Of a stretch of DNA of 64,000 nt, positions 7,497 through 17,294 are shown one piece after another. Position 1 is the first letter of the stretch; each line of letters starts with the position of its first letter. The stretch spans positions 84,321-148,320 of the forward strand of contig LFCO01000001.1 of the NCBI GenBank assembly GCA_001189165.1, given 5' to 3'. The notes under the pieces were generated by a model that had not been told where the DNA came from, searched no databases, and saw only the letters and a list, made by a program, of their open reading frames with translations. This stretch comes from Parcubacteria bacterium C7867-005. GTDB taxonomy: Bacteria > Patescibacteriota > Minisyncoccia > Phycocordibacterales > Zambryskibacteraceae. A program made the translations under genes and the position numbers.

Positions 7497-8888
7497 ATGC
7501 GTACCAAGCTTTCCAGCATTGGGCTGGCGGCTATGATTGCTGCCACCCTAGTCGTCTTCATCGGCTGTGGTGAGGGGACGTCTCCAGTGGAGCCGCCCCC
7601 TCCAGTAGAAGTAGTCACCGCGGTGATCGTCAGCCCGACAAGCGGGCAGGTGATCTCTTCGGGTCCGACCGTCCTGTCGGCGACCGCGCGGTCGTCGAAG
7701 ATCGGTGATATCACCGATCCGTCCAAGTATCTTTGGACGATCGACGGATCTCAAGTGGGGAACGGCATGGCCCTGTCCACGAACCTCACACCCGGTTCAC
7801 ATCAGGTGTGTGTCAGTGTCCAGGGATCGTCTGGGGCAAGTGGTAACACCTGCGTCCCACTGTCGGTCGTTCACGCACAACTCGTCGGGAAGGTGGTCGT
7901 CACAGACCTTCTTCAGGGCGAGGTCGTTCCCGTCGGTGTTCGCATCAAGCTTTTCGTCTCTGGGGCAGATACGATTTCAACCAATGTCGCTCCGGACGGA
8001 AGCTTCTCTGCGAACGTCTTCGGGTTCCTGAACAAGGACAGCATCAGCTTCATCGTCGATGCGGTGAATACCTCTTCTCGGATTTACCATCCGATGAGGG
8101 GGACGTTCGCCAAGGCTCTCGTGGAGAAGCCGGTCATTTTCATCATGACTCCACTTGCAGTCACTATCCCTAACGGCGTTTACGCCGGCAGGGTGGTTGA
8201 TATGAGGTTGAGCCGAGCGTATGTCGCCGGTGGTGACGCCCTCGGATTCTTCGATCGTCGCCCGTACGATGTTGGTGGTATTCCCATGTACAGGGTCAAG
8301 AGCCACAAGGTTCTCCCCGTACCTCTGGTGATCAGAAACGACCTCGGTGATACACCAATCACCGCGAGCGACTCTGTCGCCATGTGGGGATTCGTCACTA
8401 CGCTCGAAGATCACATCGGTCTGGATCTGTTCAGGCCGGCGATGAAGAGCGAAGAGAACGACACCCTGGGTATCGATGTGTACATGCTGTCGAACTTGGC
8501 CAAACCCGCCTTCGGTGGGTCGGACGGCATCCTCTATCCCACGCCCGGTAGCACCAGCTTGGGGAGAGGTCGCGCGACATTCAGAGGACGAGATGTCCTC
8601 CTGAATAACGGCGGCGGTGTCTTCAGACACGAACTCATCCACGTCCTTGGCTTCGACCACGGATGTGGGTTCCAAAGCATTCAGAACACCGAATGCAGTG
8701 GTGTGAGTATCGACTACACCGGCTTCGTCTCGGGGATCCCGAGTCCGTTCGATGTCGCATACGCCCGACTGATGTATGTGACGGCCGCGCTCGAGGACAA
8801 GTACAGCACCCACTTCTCCATCATGGAGAGCCATCAGGGTGAGCGAGAGCTCATGCTGGGACTCCCCAGAGAGATCGTGAGGAGATAG
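7497..8888 (+). CDS. secreted lipoprotein metzincin-type zinc metalloprotease with Ig-like and CarboxypepD_reg-like domains (high GC)
   Basis: MRTKLSSIGLAAMIAATLVVFIGC has a signal peptide plus lipobox. HELIHVLGFDH is the metzincin HExxHxxGxxH signature. GGAGG RBS before 7497. GC about 62%. The ORF track starts at 7443. Confidence 0.65.
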   Translation: MRTKLSSIGLAAMIAATLVVFIGCGEGTSPVEPPPPVEVVTAVIVSPTSGQVISSGPTVLSATARSSKIGDITDPSKYLWTIDGSQVGNGMALSTNLTPGSHQVCVSVQGSSGASGNTCVPLSVVHAQLVGKVVVTDLLQGEVVPVGVRIKLFVSGADTISTNVAPDGSFSANVFGFLNKDSISFIVDAVNTSSRIYHPMRGTFAKALVEKPVIFIMTPLAVTIPNGVYAGRVVDMRLSRAYVAGGDALGFFDRRPYDVGGIPMYRVKSHKVLPVPLVIRNDLGDTPITASDSVAMWGFVTTLEDHIGLDLFRPAMKSEENDTLGIDVYMLSNLAKPAFGGSDGILYPTPGSTSLGRGRATFRGRDVLLNNGGGVFRHELIHVLGFDHGCGFQSIQNTECSGVSIDYTGFVSGIPSPFDVAYARLMYVTAALEDKYSTHFSIMESHQGERELMLGLPREIVRR

Positions 8889-8939
8889 GGAGTTTGGATT
8901 GAATTGATAGCCCCCGCGGTACCCATCCGCGTGGAGCAT

Positions 8940-8970
8940 GGCCCCGACACCTGTCGGGGCCTCTTACTTT
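8940..8970 (+). terminator. rho-independent terminator (ggccccgacac-ctg-tcggggcc plus T-rich tail)
   Basis: Perfect 9-bp GC stem downstream of the protease stop. The stem sequence is shared with hairpins at 60264 and 32228. Confidence 0.55.
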
Positions 8971-8996
8971 ACAAATAGTCTACTATTTGCTATAAT
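8968..8996 (+). promoter_or_regulatory. sigma70-like promoter TTTACA-N17-TGcTATAAT for the DEAD-box helicase
   Basis: -35 at 8968-8973, -10 at 8991-8996 with TGc extension. A 5'UTR hairpin (cggaagagg..ccttcttccg) follows at 9060-9099. Confidence 0.5.
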
Positions 8997-9105
8997 AGTG
9001 TCTAAGAATATCTCATTCGTTGTTCGTATCCGAGAGTAACCAACTTTATTAACTCTCTACGGAAGAGGCCAGTCCTAAGACGCGCGAGACCTTCTTCCGA
9101 ATAAT

Positions 9106-10311
9106 ATGTATCAAAAAAGATCTTTTGGGCGTAGCCCAAGTACGAGAGGCCATAGACCATACCAAGGGCGCCCACCGATGAGGAGGAGTGCTGGTGGTTT
9201 CCGTGGTCAGAAACTCGACATCAATAGTTTTATAAACAAAGCGGTTATCGTAGAAGAATTCGATCACTTCGTTCCTGAACACGCATTCAGTGACTTTGTC
9301 ATAGAGGGAAAGCTCAAGAAAAACATCGCAGCCAAAGGTTACGTCGCTCCAACCTCTATCCAAGACAGGACGATACCTCACATCCTTAAGGGCCAAGATG
9401 TTGTCGGTATAGCCAATACAGGTACAGGCAAGACAGCAGCATTCCTCATCCCTTTAGTGGACAAGATGATGAAGAATCCAGATGGATCTGTACTCATCGT
9501 CGTACCTACAAGAGAGCTCGCTACACAGATAAATGATGAGCTAAAAGGCTTTGCTCCAGGCACAGGACTTTTCTCTGTTGTTTGTGTTGGTGGTACACCA
9601 ATGGGGAACCAGCTCAAGGAACTCCGATATAAAAACCATTTCATCATTGGCACGCCCGGTAGATTGAAAGACCTCATAGAGAGGCGCGCATTGGATTTAT
9701 CCAAAACGTCTTCAGTTGTATTAGACGAAGCGGACAGAATGCTCGATATGGGTTTTATGCCCGACATGAAATTCATTATGGCCAAAATGCCAAGTGAAAG
9801 ACATACACTTTTCTTCTCAGCGACTATGTCCAAAGAGATAGAAAAGTTAATACATGAATTCTTAAACGAGCCAGTATCTATTTCAGTAAAAACTCAAGAT
9901 ACATCAAAAAATGTTGATCAGGATATCGTCCGCATGAGAGCGGGGGAAGACAAAATCCTAGCACTCGAAGAATTACTCAAAAAAGAAGATTTCAACAAGG
10001 TACTTATCTTTGGTCGTACTAAACATGGCGTAGAGAGGTTGGCCAAAACACTATCAGTCAGAGGTTTTGCCGCAGACTCTATCCATGGAGACAAGAGCCA
10101 GGGCCAGAGACAAAGAGCTCTAAATGCTTTTAAGGAAAACAAACTCAAGATCTTGGTTGCTACTGACGTAGCTGCCAGAGGACTCGACATCCCACTCGTA
10201 TCTCATGTGATCAATTTTGACATTCCTGCGACGTACGAAGACTACATTCACCGCATTGGCCGTACAGGTAGAGCCGGTGCAGTAGGCAAGGCCCTTACTT
10301 TCGTAGAATAA
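9106..10311 (+). CDS. DEAD-box ATP-dependent RNA helicase
   Basis: Q-motif, ANTGTGKTAAF, PTRELA, VLDEADRMLDMGF, SAT and HRIGRTGRAG motifs. Confidence 0.9.
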   Translation: MYQKRSFGRSPSTRGHRPYQGRPPMRRSAGGFRGQKLDINSFINKAVIVEEFDHFVPEHAFSDFVIEGKLKKNIAAKGYVAPTSIQDRTIPHILKGQDVVGIANTGTGKTAAFLIPLVDKMMKNPDGSVLIVVPTRELATQINDELKGFAPGTGLFSVVCVGGTPMGNQLKELRYKNHFIIGTPGRLKDLIERRALDLSKTSSVVLDEADRMLDMGFMPDMKFIMAKMPSERHTLFFSATMSKEIEKLIHEFLNEPVSISVKTQDTSKNVDQDIVRMRAGEDKILALEELLKKEDFNKVLIFGRTKHGVERLAKTLSVRGFAADSIHGDKSQGQRQRALNAFKENKLKILVATDVAARGLDIPLVSHVINFDIPATYEDYIHRIGRTGRAGAVGKALTFVE

Positions 10312-10313
10312 CA

Positions 10314-10793
10314 ATGAGGAAAACTCTTCTGACTATTGTTGTTTTGTTTCTGGTTATCTTATTTTGGCTTTTTTTGCGTAAACCAGAAAAAATAGATCTG
10401 AATATTAGTCCAGATCAACAAGGAGAGGTCCCTACTACCACCTCAACAGGATTTACCTTGAGTCAGAATTCTATAGTAGTAGATTTGCCCAAAACGAATT
10501 CTACAACCACCTCTCCAATCAATCTTTCGGGCAAGGCTCGTGGAAATTGGTTTTTCGAAGCCAGCGCTCCGGTCCAAGTTGTGGATGATAAGGGCAATGT
10601 CCTCGGCCAGAGTCATGTAGAAGCGACGGGTGACTGGATGACTACAGAATTCGTGCCCTTTACTGGTAGTGTTGTTTATAAAAATCCAACAGGCACCACG
10701 ACCAAGGGGTTTGTCGTTTTTTCGAACGACAATCCATCCGGTGATCCAGAGAGAAGTGTTTCAGTCAAAATCCCTATAAATTTCAAGAGATAG
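10314..10793 (+). CDS. secreted Gmad2-like Ig-fold protein
   Basis: N-terminal TM/signal. C-terminal NWFFEASAPVQVVDDKGNVLGQSHVEATGDWMTTEFVPFTGSV resembles the Gmad2 domain. Confidence 0.4.
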   Translation: MRKTLLTIVVLFLVILFWLFLRKPEKIDLNISPDQQGEVPTTTSTGFTLSQNSIVVDLPKTNSTTTSPINLSGKARGNWFFEASAPVQVVDDKGNVLGQSHVEATGDWMTTEFVPFTGSVVYKNPTGTTTKGFVVFSNDNPSGDPERSVSVKIPINFKR

Positions 10794-10801
10794 ACTTAGG
10801 T

Positions 10802-11521
10802 TTATTGTTCTCTACCTCGGTCAGGCTGAAATGGAAGACTGTTCCTCACAGGAACTTTTCTGATTATTTCTAGTATCTCATCATGGTCATCTGTGATCGT
10901 GTATAGGGATAGATCCGGTTCGCTGATGGTTTCTCTGGAGAGCAAGGTTTCTTTCAAAAAGTTTTCTACATTTCTCCAATAATCTCCTCCAACGCAGATG
11001 ATGGGCACACCCTCGATTTTTTTTGTCTGGATGAGAGTCATGATCTCAAAAAATTCGTCCAAGGTACCGAACCCTCCAGGAAAGAAAACAAAAGCTTCTG
11101 CAGAGAAAGAGAGCATCACCTTACGCACGAAGAAATAATAGTGATCAACCTGTTTAGTGATGTATTTATTAATCGTCTGTTCGCTAGGGAGTTTGATCGT
11201 CACACCGAGTGATGTTCCACCAACTTCGAAGGCACCTCTGTTTGCGGCTTCCATAATCCCTGGACCTCCGCCAGATGCTACTGCGTAGTTGAGTTCTTTG
11301 GCTATACGCCCAGCGAGAGTTCGTGCACTTTGATAGTAAGGGTTATCTTCCTTGAATTGATTTGATCCGAAAAAAGTTACTGATTTAGGGTTATCTTCGA
11401 GGAACCTGAATCCCTCAACAAATTCTTTGGTTATTTCAGACACTCGGTCTAGGGCTACCTCCTGAACTTCTTTTGGGGTTAGGGTTAGCGTGTTTTTATC
11501 TGTATTCATGCGCAATATCAT
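10802..11521 (-). CDS. LOG-family (TIGR00730) Rossmann-fold nucleotide-binding protein
   Basis: [19 protein letters not shown] and [12 protein letters not shown] motifs. Confidence 0.75.
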   Translation of the reverse strand: MILRMNTDKNTLTLTPKEVQEVALDRVSEITKEFVEGFRFLEDNPKSVTFFGSNQFKEDNPYYQSARTLAGRIAKELNYAVASGGGPGIMEAANRGAFEVGGTSLGVTIKLPSEQTINKYITKQVDHYYFFVRKVMLSFSAEAFVFFPGGFGTLDEFFEIMTLIQTKKIEGVPIICVGGDYWRNVENFLKETLLSRETISEPDLSLYTITDDHDEILEIIRKVPVRNSLPFQPDRGREQ

Positions 11522-11588
11522 ACCATACGGGGATAGCGAACTAGCTACATTTTGTGTGCGAGTTATACTAAAAAGGAATAAAAAATAT

Positions 11589-12065
11589 ATGAAACACTTA
11601 AATCGAAATCAATGGATCGGTGTCGCCGCTGGCCTGGGCTTTGTTGGGTACCTCTTTTATGGAGGAGCTTTTGTTAATCTTTTTAATCAAAACAATCCAT
11701 CCATGCAAAACGATTCTATGTCTCTAAAAACGGGTGTACAAGTTAGTGATGTGGTTGTGGGGAATGGAGACGCAGCTCTAGCTGGAGACGTCATAACCGT
11801 TCACTATGTTGGTTCACTTACAGACGGCAAGGTCTTTGACAGTTCTCTGGACAGGAAGCAACCCATCACCTTTACTCTCGGTGTTGGACAGGTTATCCGC
11901 GGATGGGACGAGGGTGTCGCAGGTATGAGAGTTGGAGGCAGGCGCAAGCTACTCATTGCCCCTGACTATGGTTATGGAGAGAACGGTATCGGCCCAATAC
12001 CTCCAAGTTCTACCCTTATTTTTGAAGTCGAATTACTAAAGATTGAGAAGCCAGTAGCCAGATAG
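11589..12065 (+). CDS. FKBP-type peptidyl-prolyl cis-trans isomerase (secreted/membrane-anchored)
   Basis: [59 protein letters not shown]. Start chosen at 11589 to avoid overlap with the LOG gene; the ORF track starts at 11490. Confidence 0.75.
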   Translation: MKHLNRNQWIGVAAGLGFVGYLFYGGAFVNLFNQNNPSMQNDSMSLKTGVQVSDVVVGNGDAALAGDVITVHYVGSLTDGKVFDSSLDRKQPITFTLGVGQVIRGWDEGVAGMRVGGRRKLLIAPDYGYGENGIGPIPPSSTLIFEVELLKIEKPVAR

Positions 12066-12078
12066 CATTCATGTATAT

Positions 12079-12708
12079 ATGGAGATAGATACAAACAATC
12101 TCCACCATGCGTATCTTCTAGAAGGGGAGATCTCTCTCGGTAATAAATATCTAGATTCTCTTTTCTTGCGTCTGGGTATCGATACGGTGCAAAATCCTGA
12201 TAGGCATGTTTTCAACAGCGGGGTATTCACAGTGGATGAGGCGCGTGGCTTGATTGAACGTGCGCAAAGCAAATCGTTTGGTGAAAGATCCGTCTTTATC
12301 ATATCTTCACCACACTTGACTAAAGAAGCTCAGAACGCACTACTCAAAACCCTCGAAGAGCCTCAACCGAACAAACACTTTTTTCTTCTTGCTTCTAATC
12401 GGGATCTGCTTCTGCCCACGCTTCTCTCTAGGTTGATGATAGTGAGGATGGATAGAGGAGATTATTCTTCGAATCGGTCAGGAAATTTTCTTTCACTAAG
12501 TCCGAAAAACAGACTGGCTTTCGCCAAAGAATTTGCAGATAAAGAGGGTGATCTAGGATCTTTTCTGGACTCGCTTTTGGCCGATCTCAAAAAAGAAAAT
12601 AGAAGTAAGACTGATATAGACAAAGTTTTTAGTGTCCGCAGATTTGCTGATGATACGAGCGTTCAACCCCGCCTCATTTTGGAGCATCTTGCTTTGGTTT
12701 TGAAATAA
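12079..12708 (+). CDS. holB: DNA polymerase III delta-prime-like subunit
   Basis: HHAYLLEG and LLKTLEEP motifs; C-terminal LLSRL. Confidence 0.55.
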   Translation: MEIDTNNLHHAYLLEGEISLGNKYLDSLFLRLGIDTVQNPDRHVFNSGVFTVDEARGLIERAQSKSFGERSVFIISSPHLTKEAQNALLKTLEEPQPNKHFFLLASNRDLLLPTLLSRLMIVRMDRGDYSSNRSGNFLSLSPKNRLAFAKEFADKEGDLGSFLDSLLADLKKENRSKTDIDKVFSVRRFADDTSVQPRLILEHLALVLK

Positions 12709-12738
12709 GGATACCCACCTTACGGTGGGCAGTCGCGC

Positions 12739-12924
12739 CTAGTGTCCTGGTCCATACCGCACTCTCTTGGCTAGGCTCGAGAGGAGGGGGATGACAGCGA
12801 AGATCGCGAACGAGAGGACGAGTATTCCCGCACCGATCTCGTAGCACCAGAAAAACACGAGGGACGCCAGTCCGAAGAACAAAGCCAGGAATCCGAGCCT
12901 CACGCGAAGCATCTTCTTTTCCAC
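12739..12924 (-). CDS. small 2-TM membrane protein, high-GC island
   Basis: 61 aa, two hydrophobic helices. GC is far above the backbone. Hairpin cccacc-ttac-ggtggg at 12714-12729 just past its stop. Confidence 0.3.
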   Translation of the reverse strand: MEKKMLRVRLGFLALFFGLASLVFFWCYEIGAGILVLSFAIFAVIPLLSSLAKRVRYGPGH

Positions 12925-13015
12925 CTTTCCCTCCAGATCCTGGTTTGGGGTATGCGTGATGTAATCTAACTCCTACTATACCCTAATTTTCGTATAAAAT
13001 TATCCATGCTAAAAT

Positions 13016-13573
13016 GTGTTTGTGGCATACAATTTCCAACAATTCAAAACAGTAGGTGAGTCAACTCTCTCTTGGCTACAAAAGGAATTCAGTGCTTTGC
13101 GTACGGGTCGTTCGACGCCAACTATTTTAGATGTGGTTTCTGTAGAATCATATGGTTCAAGAGTACCCATAAACCAGGTGGCGAACATAACCGTTCAAGA
13201 TGCACGCACTATACGTATTACTCCATGGGATAAAAACGTCACCCAAGCCATCGACGTGGCGATAAGAGAATCCAATCTAGGATTATCTGTGGCCGTTGAT
13301 GATCAGGGTCTGAGGATTTCTTTCCCAGAACTGACCGCAGACAGGCGCGTTGGGCTCATCAAAGTAGCCAAACAAAAACTTGAAGAAGCGAGGATTACTA
13401 TTCGTGGAGAGAGAGAAAGAGTTTTGAATGATCTGGATAAAAAAGAGAAGGATGGTGAGATGTCCAAAGATGATAAATTTAGAGCCAAAGAAGATTTGCA
13501 AAAGTTAGTAGATGAAGCAAACAGAAAACTTGAGGATCTGTCTACCAGAAAAGAGAAAGAGATAAACGAATAG
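13016..13573 (+). CDS. frr: ribosome recycling factor
   Basis: LRTGRSTPTILDVVSVESYGSRVPINQVANITVQD with a basic/acidic C-terminus. Confidence 0.8.
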   Translation: MFVAYNFQQFKTVGESTLSWLQKEFSALRTGRSTPTILDVVSVESYGSRVPINQVANITVQDARTIRITPWDKNVTQAIDVAIRESNLGLSVAVDDQGLRISFPELTADRRVGLIKVAKQKLEEARITIRGERERVLNDLDKKEKDGEMSKDDKFRAKEDLQKLVDEANRKLEDLSTRKEKEINE

Positions 13574-13580
13574 CATAAAA

Positions 13581-14666
13581 ATGTCCGTCATATATTTTCT
13601 GATTATATTGAGTGCACTGGTCATAGTGCATGAGCTTGGACACTTTTTAGTAGCCAGATATTTCGGTATCAGGGTGGATGAGTTTGGACTAGGCTATCCA
13701 CCCAAAGCTAAATCTTTATTCTCTTGGAAGGGCACACTCTTTACTCTAAATTGGTTACCGTTTGGTGGCTTTGTGAAGATCTTTGGGGAGAATCCGAATG
13801 AGTCAATCGAAGGTTTTCAATCAGTTTCCCCAGATTCTTTTTCTGCTAAGCATCGAGGTGCACAGGCCTCGGTTCTCGTTGCTGGTGTAGTTGGCAATAT
13901 ATTGTTTGCATGGCTACTTATATCTATAGGTTTTATGTCCGGGTTACCCGTACCGTCGAGCATGGCTCTACCCATGACTGATGCTCGGACGATGATTACC
14001 ACAGTCATGCCTGATTCGCCTGCGCATATTGCAGGGCTTTTGCCTGGAGACAGTATTGTGGAACTTCGTCGTGGTAAAACATTTGCAGAGAATTCTCCAG
14101 AAAAAATATCCGAGTTTATTGGATTATCTGGTGAGGCTTTAGACTTCACCATAAAGAGGGGCGAGGCTACTTTGGTTAAAACTTTGTCACCAAGTGATTC
14201 AGTAGTGTCGGGCCGATTAGTGGTTGGTATTAGCATGGACACCATAGGCACGGTTAGATTGTCTCCACCAAGAGCTGTCTATGAAGGGTTAAAAGCCACA
14301 GCACAACTTACTGCTTTGACGGCTACTGGGCTAGCTGATTTCATTTTTGGAGCTCTACGGGGCGAGGCCAAATTAAGTGATGTGACGGGGCCCGTGGGGC
14401 TCGTGGGTATGGTTGGGGATGTGAAGGCTCTTGGCTTCGTGTATGTCATGTACTTTACCGCCCTCATCTCTATAAATTTGGCATTGGTTAATCTCCTGCC
14501 CATCCCTGCGCTCGACGGTGGTCGGCTACTGTTTGTGGGTATAGAAAGTATTATCCGGAGACCAATATCTCCAAAGGTTTTTAATATGGCCAACAATGTT
14601 GGATTTTTCTTGCTCATTACGTTGATGTTGCTTATCACCTTCCGAGATATCACTAAATTGATATAA
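13581..14666 (+). CDS. rseP: RIP zinc metalloprotease (site-2 protease)
   Basis: HELGHFLVA HExxH motif, PDZ segment, LNLLPIPALDGG motif. Confidence 0.85.
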   Translation: MSVIYFLIILSALVIVHELGHFLVARYFGIRVDEFGLGYPPKAKSLFSWKGTLFTLNWLPFGGFVKIFGENPNESIEGFQSVSPDSFSAKHRGAQASVLVAGVVGNILFAWLLISIGFMSGLPVPSSMALPMTDARTMITTVMPDSPAHIAGLLPGDSIVELRRGKTFAENSPEKISEFIGLSGEALDFTIKRGEATLVKTLSPSDSVVSGRLVVGISMDTIGTVRLSPPRAVYEGLKATAQLTALTATGLADFIFGALRGEAKLSDVTGPVGLVGMVGDVKALGFVYVMYFTALISINLALVNLLPIPALDGGRLLFVGIESIIRRPISPKVFNMANNVGFFLLITLMLLITFRDITKLI

Positions 14667-14673
14667 TTATTTT

Positions 14674-14967
14674 ATGAGCTCTGAAGGACCAAATGAATTT
14701 CCTATATCAAATCCAGAATCACTAGAGGATTCTTTTTCGCCTGAACAGTTTGAGATTTTTAGAAGAATAGAAGATGCGGTTAGAGTTAGGACCTTTAGAC
14801 AAGACGAGGAAATAGAATTAGGTATGGAGAGGTGGGCTGAAGAAGGGGCTGTATTGTTTGATCACGTTTTTCTTGTTTTGTGGCAAGAAAGACCAGGAAT
14901 TTTAGAGGAATTTATGAGTGATCCAGATGGAGTTGTGAATGAAATTTTGGTTAGGATGGAAATGTAG
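14674..14967 (+). CDS. hypothetical acidic protein
   Basis: 97-aa ORF in the operon gap; no recognisable motif. Confidence 0.3.
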   Translation: MSSEGPNEFPISNPESLEDSFSPEQFEIFRRIEDAVRVRTFRQDEEIELGMERWAEEGAVLFDHVFLVLWQERPGILEEFMSDPDGVVNEILVRMEM

Positions 14968-15009
14968 GTGGCCTTTGTTTAAATACTGATTTTTCTGTAA
15001 AATAGGCGG

Positions 15010-16230
15010 ATGCGACAATCTCAATTTTTCACTAAGACTAGAAAGGAAGCCCCAGCAGACGAGGTATCCAAGAACGCTCAACTCTTGATTCGTGGGGGAT
15101 TTATCAACAAAGAGATGTCCGGGGTCTATGACTTCTTGCCTCTAGGACTGCGTGTTTTGAATAAAATCATCAACATTATTCGTGATGAGATGAATATGAT
15201 CGGAGGGCAAGAGATATTTATGTCCGCTCTTCAACGCAAAGAACTTTGGGAGAGGACAGACCGGTGGAGTGATGAAAAAGTAGATAATTGGTTTAAGACA
15301 AACCTAAAAGATGGTGCAGAGCTAGGTCTCGCATTTACGCACGAAGAACCAATCTCAAATATGTTGGAGCAATTCGTGTCTTCACACAAAGACCTACCTT
15401 TTTCTGTTTACCAATTTCAAACCAAGTTCAGAAACGAGACTCGTGCCAAGAGCGGTATCATGCGAACCAGAGAATTTATCATGAAGGATTTGTATTCTTT
15501 TACCAAAGATGAAGTAGAGCATCTTGAATTTTATGAGAAAGCAAAGAAGGCATATCTAAATATTTTTAAAACAGTTGGTTTGGGAGACATGACCTATATC
15601 ACTACAGCATCGGGGGGTAGTTTCTCTGAATTTTCACATGAATTTCAAACTCTTTGTGATGCTGGTGAAGATATAATTTATATAACTGATGAAAACAAGA
15701 AAGAGGCACTAAACAAGGAGCTTGGGATGGACGTTGCCACTCAAGAGGAGAAAGCGGTAGAAATTGGCAATATCTTCACTCTGGGCACGAAGTTTTCTGA
15801 CGGGTATTTAACTTATAAAGATGAGGCTGGGGAAAACAAACCCGTTTTTATGGGTTCATATGGGATAGGGCCAGCAAGGCTGATGGGCACCATAGTTGAA
15901 GTTCTTTCAGATAAAGATGGGATAGTTTGGCCCAAATCAGTCGCTCCATTCAGAGCTCACATACTATCTCTCGGTCAAGGTGAAAATGTTCTAAAGCTTG
16001 CAGAGGAAACTTACAAAACTCTAGTCGATAAGGGGGTAGAGGTTTTGTTTGATGATAGAGATGTTCGGGCAGGAGAGAAGTTTGCAGACGCAGACCTCAT
16101 AGGCATTCCTACTCGTGTAGTTGTGAGTGAGAAAACGATAGAGTCAAATATGTTTGAGACCAAGGATAGAGCAACTGGTGAAGTAAAAAGTTTCTCCTTG
16201 GATCATTTAATTTCCGAATTACAGAGATGA
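15010..16230 (+). CDS. proS: prolyl-tRNA synthetase (short form without editing domain)
   Basis: Class II motif 2 FRNETRAKSGIMRTREFIMKDLYSF and a C-terminal class II anticodon-binding domain. Confidence 0.7.
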   Translation: MRQSQFFTKTRKEAPADEVSKNAQLLIRGGFINKEMSGVYDFLPLGLRVLNKIINIIRDEMNMIGGQEIFMSALQRKELWERTDRWSDEKVDNWFKTNLKDGAELGLAFTHEEPISNMLEQFVSSHKDLPFSVYQFQTKFRNETRAKSGIMRTREFIMKDLYSFTKDEVEHLEFYEKAKKAYLNIFKTVGLGDMTYITTASGGSFSEFSHEFQTLCDAGEDIIYITDENKKEALNKELGMDVATQEEKAVEIGNIFTLGTKFSDGYLTYKDEAGENKPVFMGSYGIGPARLMGTIVEVLSDKDGIVWPKSVAPFRAHILSLGQGENVLKLAEETYKTLVDKGVEVLFDDRDVRAGEKFADADLIGIPTRVVVSEKTIESNMFETKDRATGEVKSFSLDHLISELQR

Positions 16231-17294
16231 AAGATTTCTTCGATACCAGAAAAATAAGCAGAATGCTCTCGAACGATATAGGGCTCGATTTGGGCACAGC
16301 GAACACCCTCGTCTATGTGCGAGGTAAGGGTATAGTGATCAACGAACCATCGGTGGTGGCTGTGAATCAAAAGACTGGGCAAGTCGTAGCTGTGGGTACA
16401 GAAGCCAAAAACATGCTCGGGCGTACGCCCTCGCACATCGTGGCGGTGAGGCCCCTTGTGGACGGAGTGATCTCTGATTTTGAGGTGACAGAAGAGATGA
16501 TCTCTTATTTTTTATCCAGAGCAGAGGAACAGTCTAAAAAACTTTTTGGTCCGAGGGTGATCGTAGGCGTGCCTTCGGGGATCACAAACGTAGAGATACG
16601 TGCAGTGAGGGACGCAACCAAAAATGCTGGTGCAGGTGAAGTACATATAGTAGAAGAACCAATGGCCGCGGCCATCGGCCTGCGTCTACCAATCGGAGAG
16701 CCGGTGGGGAATATGATCATAGATATCGGCGGTGGCACTTCTGACATCGCAGTTCTTTCTCTTGGTGGAGTTGTGCGTTCAAAAAACTTACGAGTCGCTG
16801 GGGATAAATTCAACAACGACATCATCTCTTATATCAGGAACCAATTCAAAATCCTCATAGGAGAAAAGACCGCAGAGAATGTAAAACATGCTATAGGATC
16901 AGTCCATCCAGATTCACCTCCACTCGAGGCGCGGATAAAGGGTCGGGACCTCATCACCGGTTTACCAAGAGAGGTGATAGTTACTGACACAGATATCAGA
17001 GAGGCACTCGCTCCGTCCATAGAATCACTGATCGAATCAACTCGAGAGGTTTTGGAAACAACACCACCAGAAATCTTGGCAGACATCATGCACCGTGGCA
17101 TTTATCTTGTGGGTGGTGGGGCTCTTACTAGTGGGCTGGCCGAACTCTTGGCGCGTGAAGTGAATATCCCCGTTCACGTAGCTCCAGATCCACTTACAGC
17201 AGTTGCCCGAGGCGCGGGTATTATACTTGAGGATATAGAATCTTATAGAGGTGTACTTATAGAAAATGAAGACGCACTTCCACCAAAGAAATAG
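16227..17294 (+). CDS. mreB: rod-shape determining actin homologue MreB
   Basis: IGLDLGTANTLVYV and DIGGGTSDIAVLSLGG motifs. Confidence 0.9.
   Translation: MKDFFDTRKISRMLSNDIGLDLGTANTLVYVRGKGIVINEPSVVAVNQKTGQVVAVGTEAKNMLGRTPSHIVAVRPLVDGVISDFEVTEEMISYFLSRAEEQSKKLFGPRVIVGVPSGITNVEIRAVRDATKNAGAGEVHIVEEPMAAAIGLRLPIGEPVGNMIIDIGGGTSDIAVLSLGGVVRSKNLRVAGDKFNNDIISYIRNQFKILIGEKTAENVKHAIGSVHPDSPPLEARIKGRDLITGLPREVIVTDTDIREALAPSIESLIESTREVLETTPPEILADIMHRGIYLVGGGALTSGLAELLAREVNIPVHVAPDPLTAVARGAGIILEDIESYRGVLIENEDALPPKK

Noticed and set aside
7977-8939. 320-aa minus-strand ORF, plus 7469-7754 and 7705-8031, antisense to the metzincin gene
   Set aside because: High-GC antisense artefacts. No RBS, no motif, Arg/Gly/Asp-rich composition.
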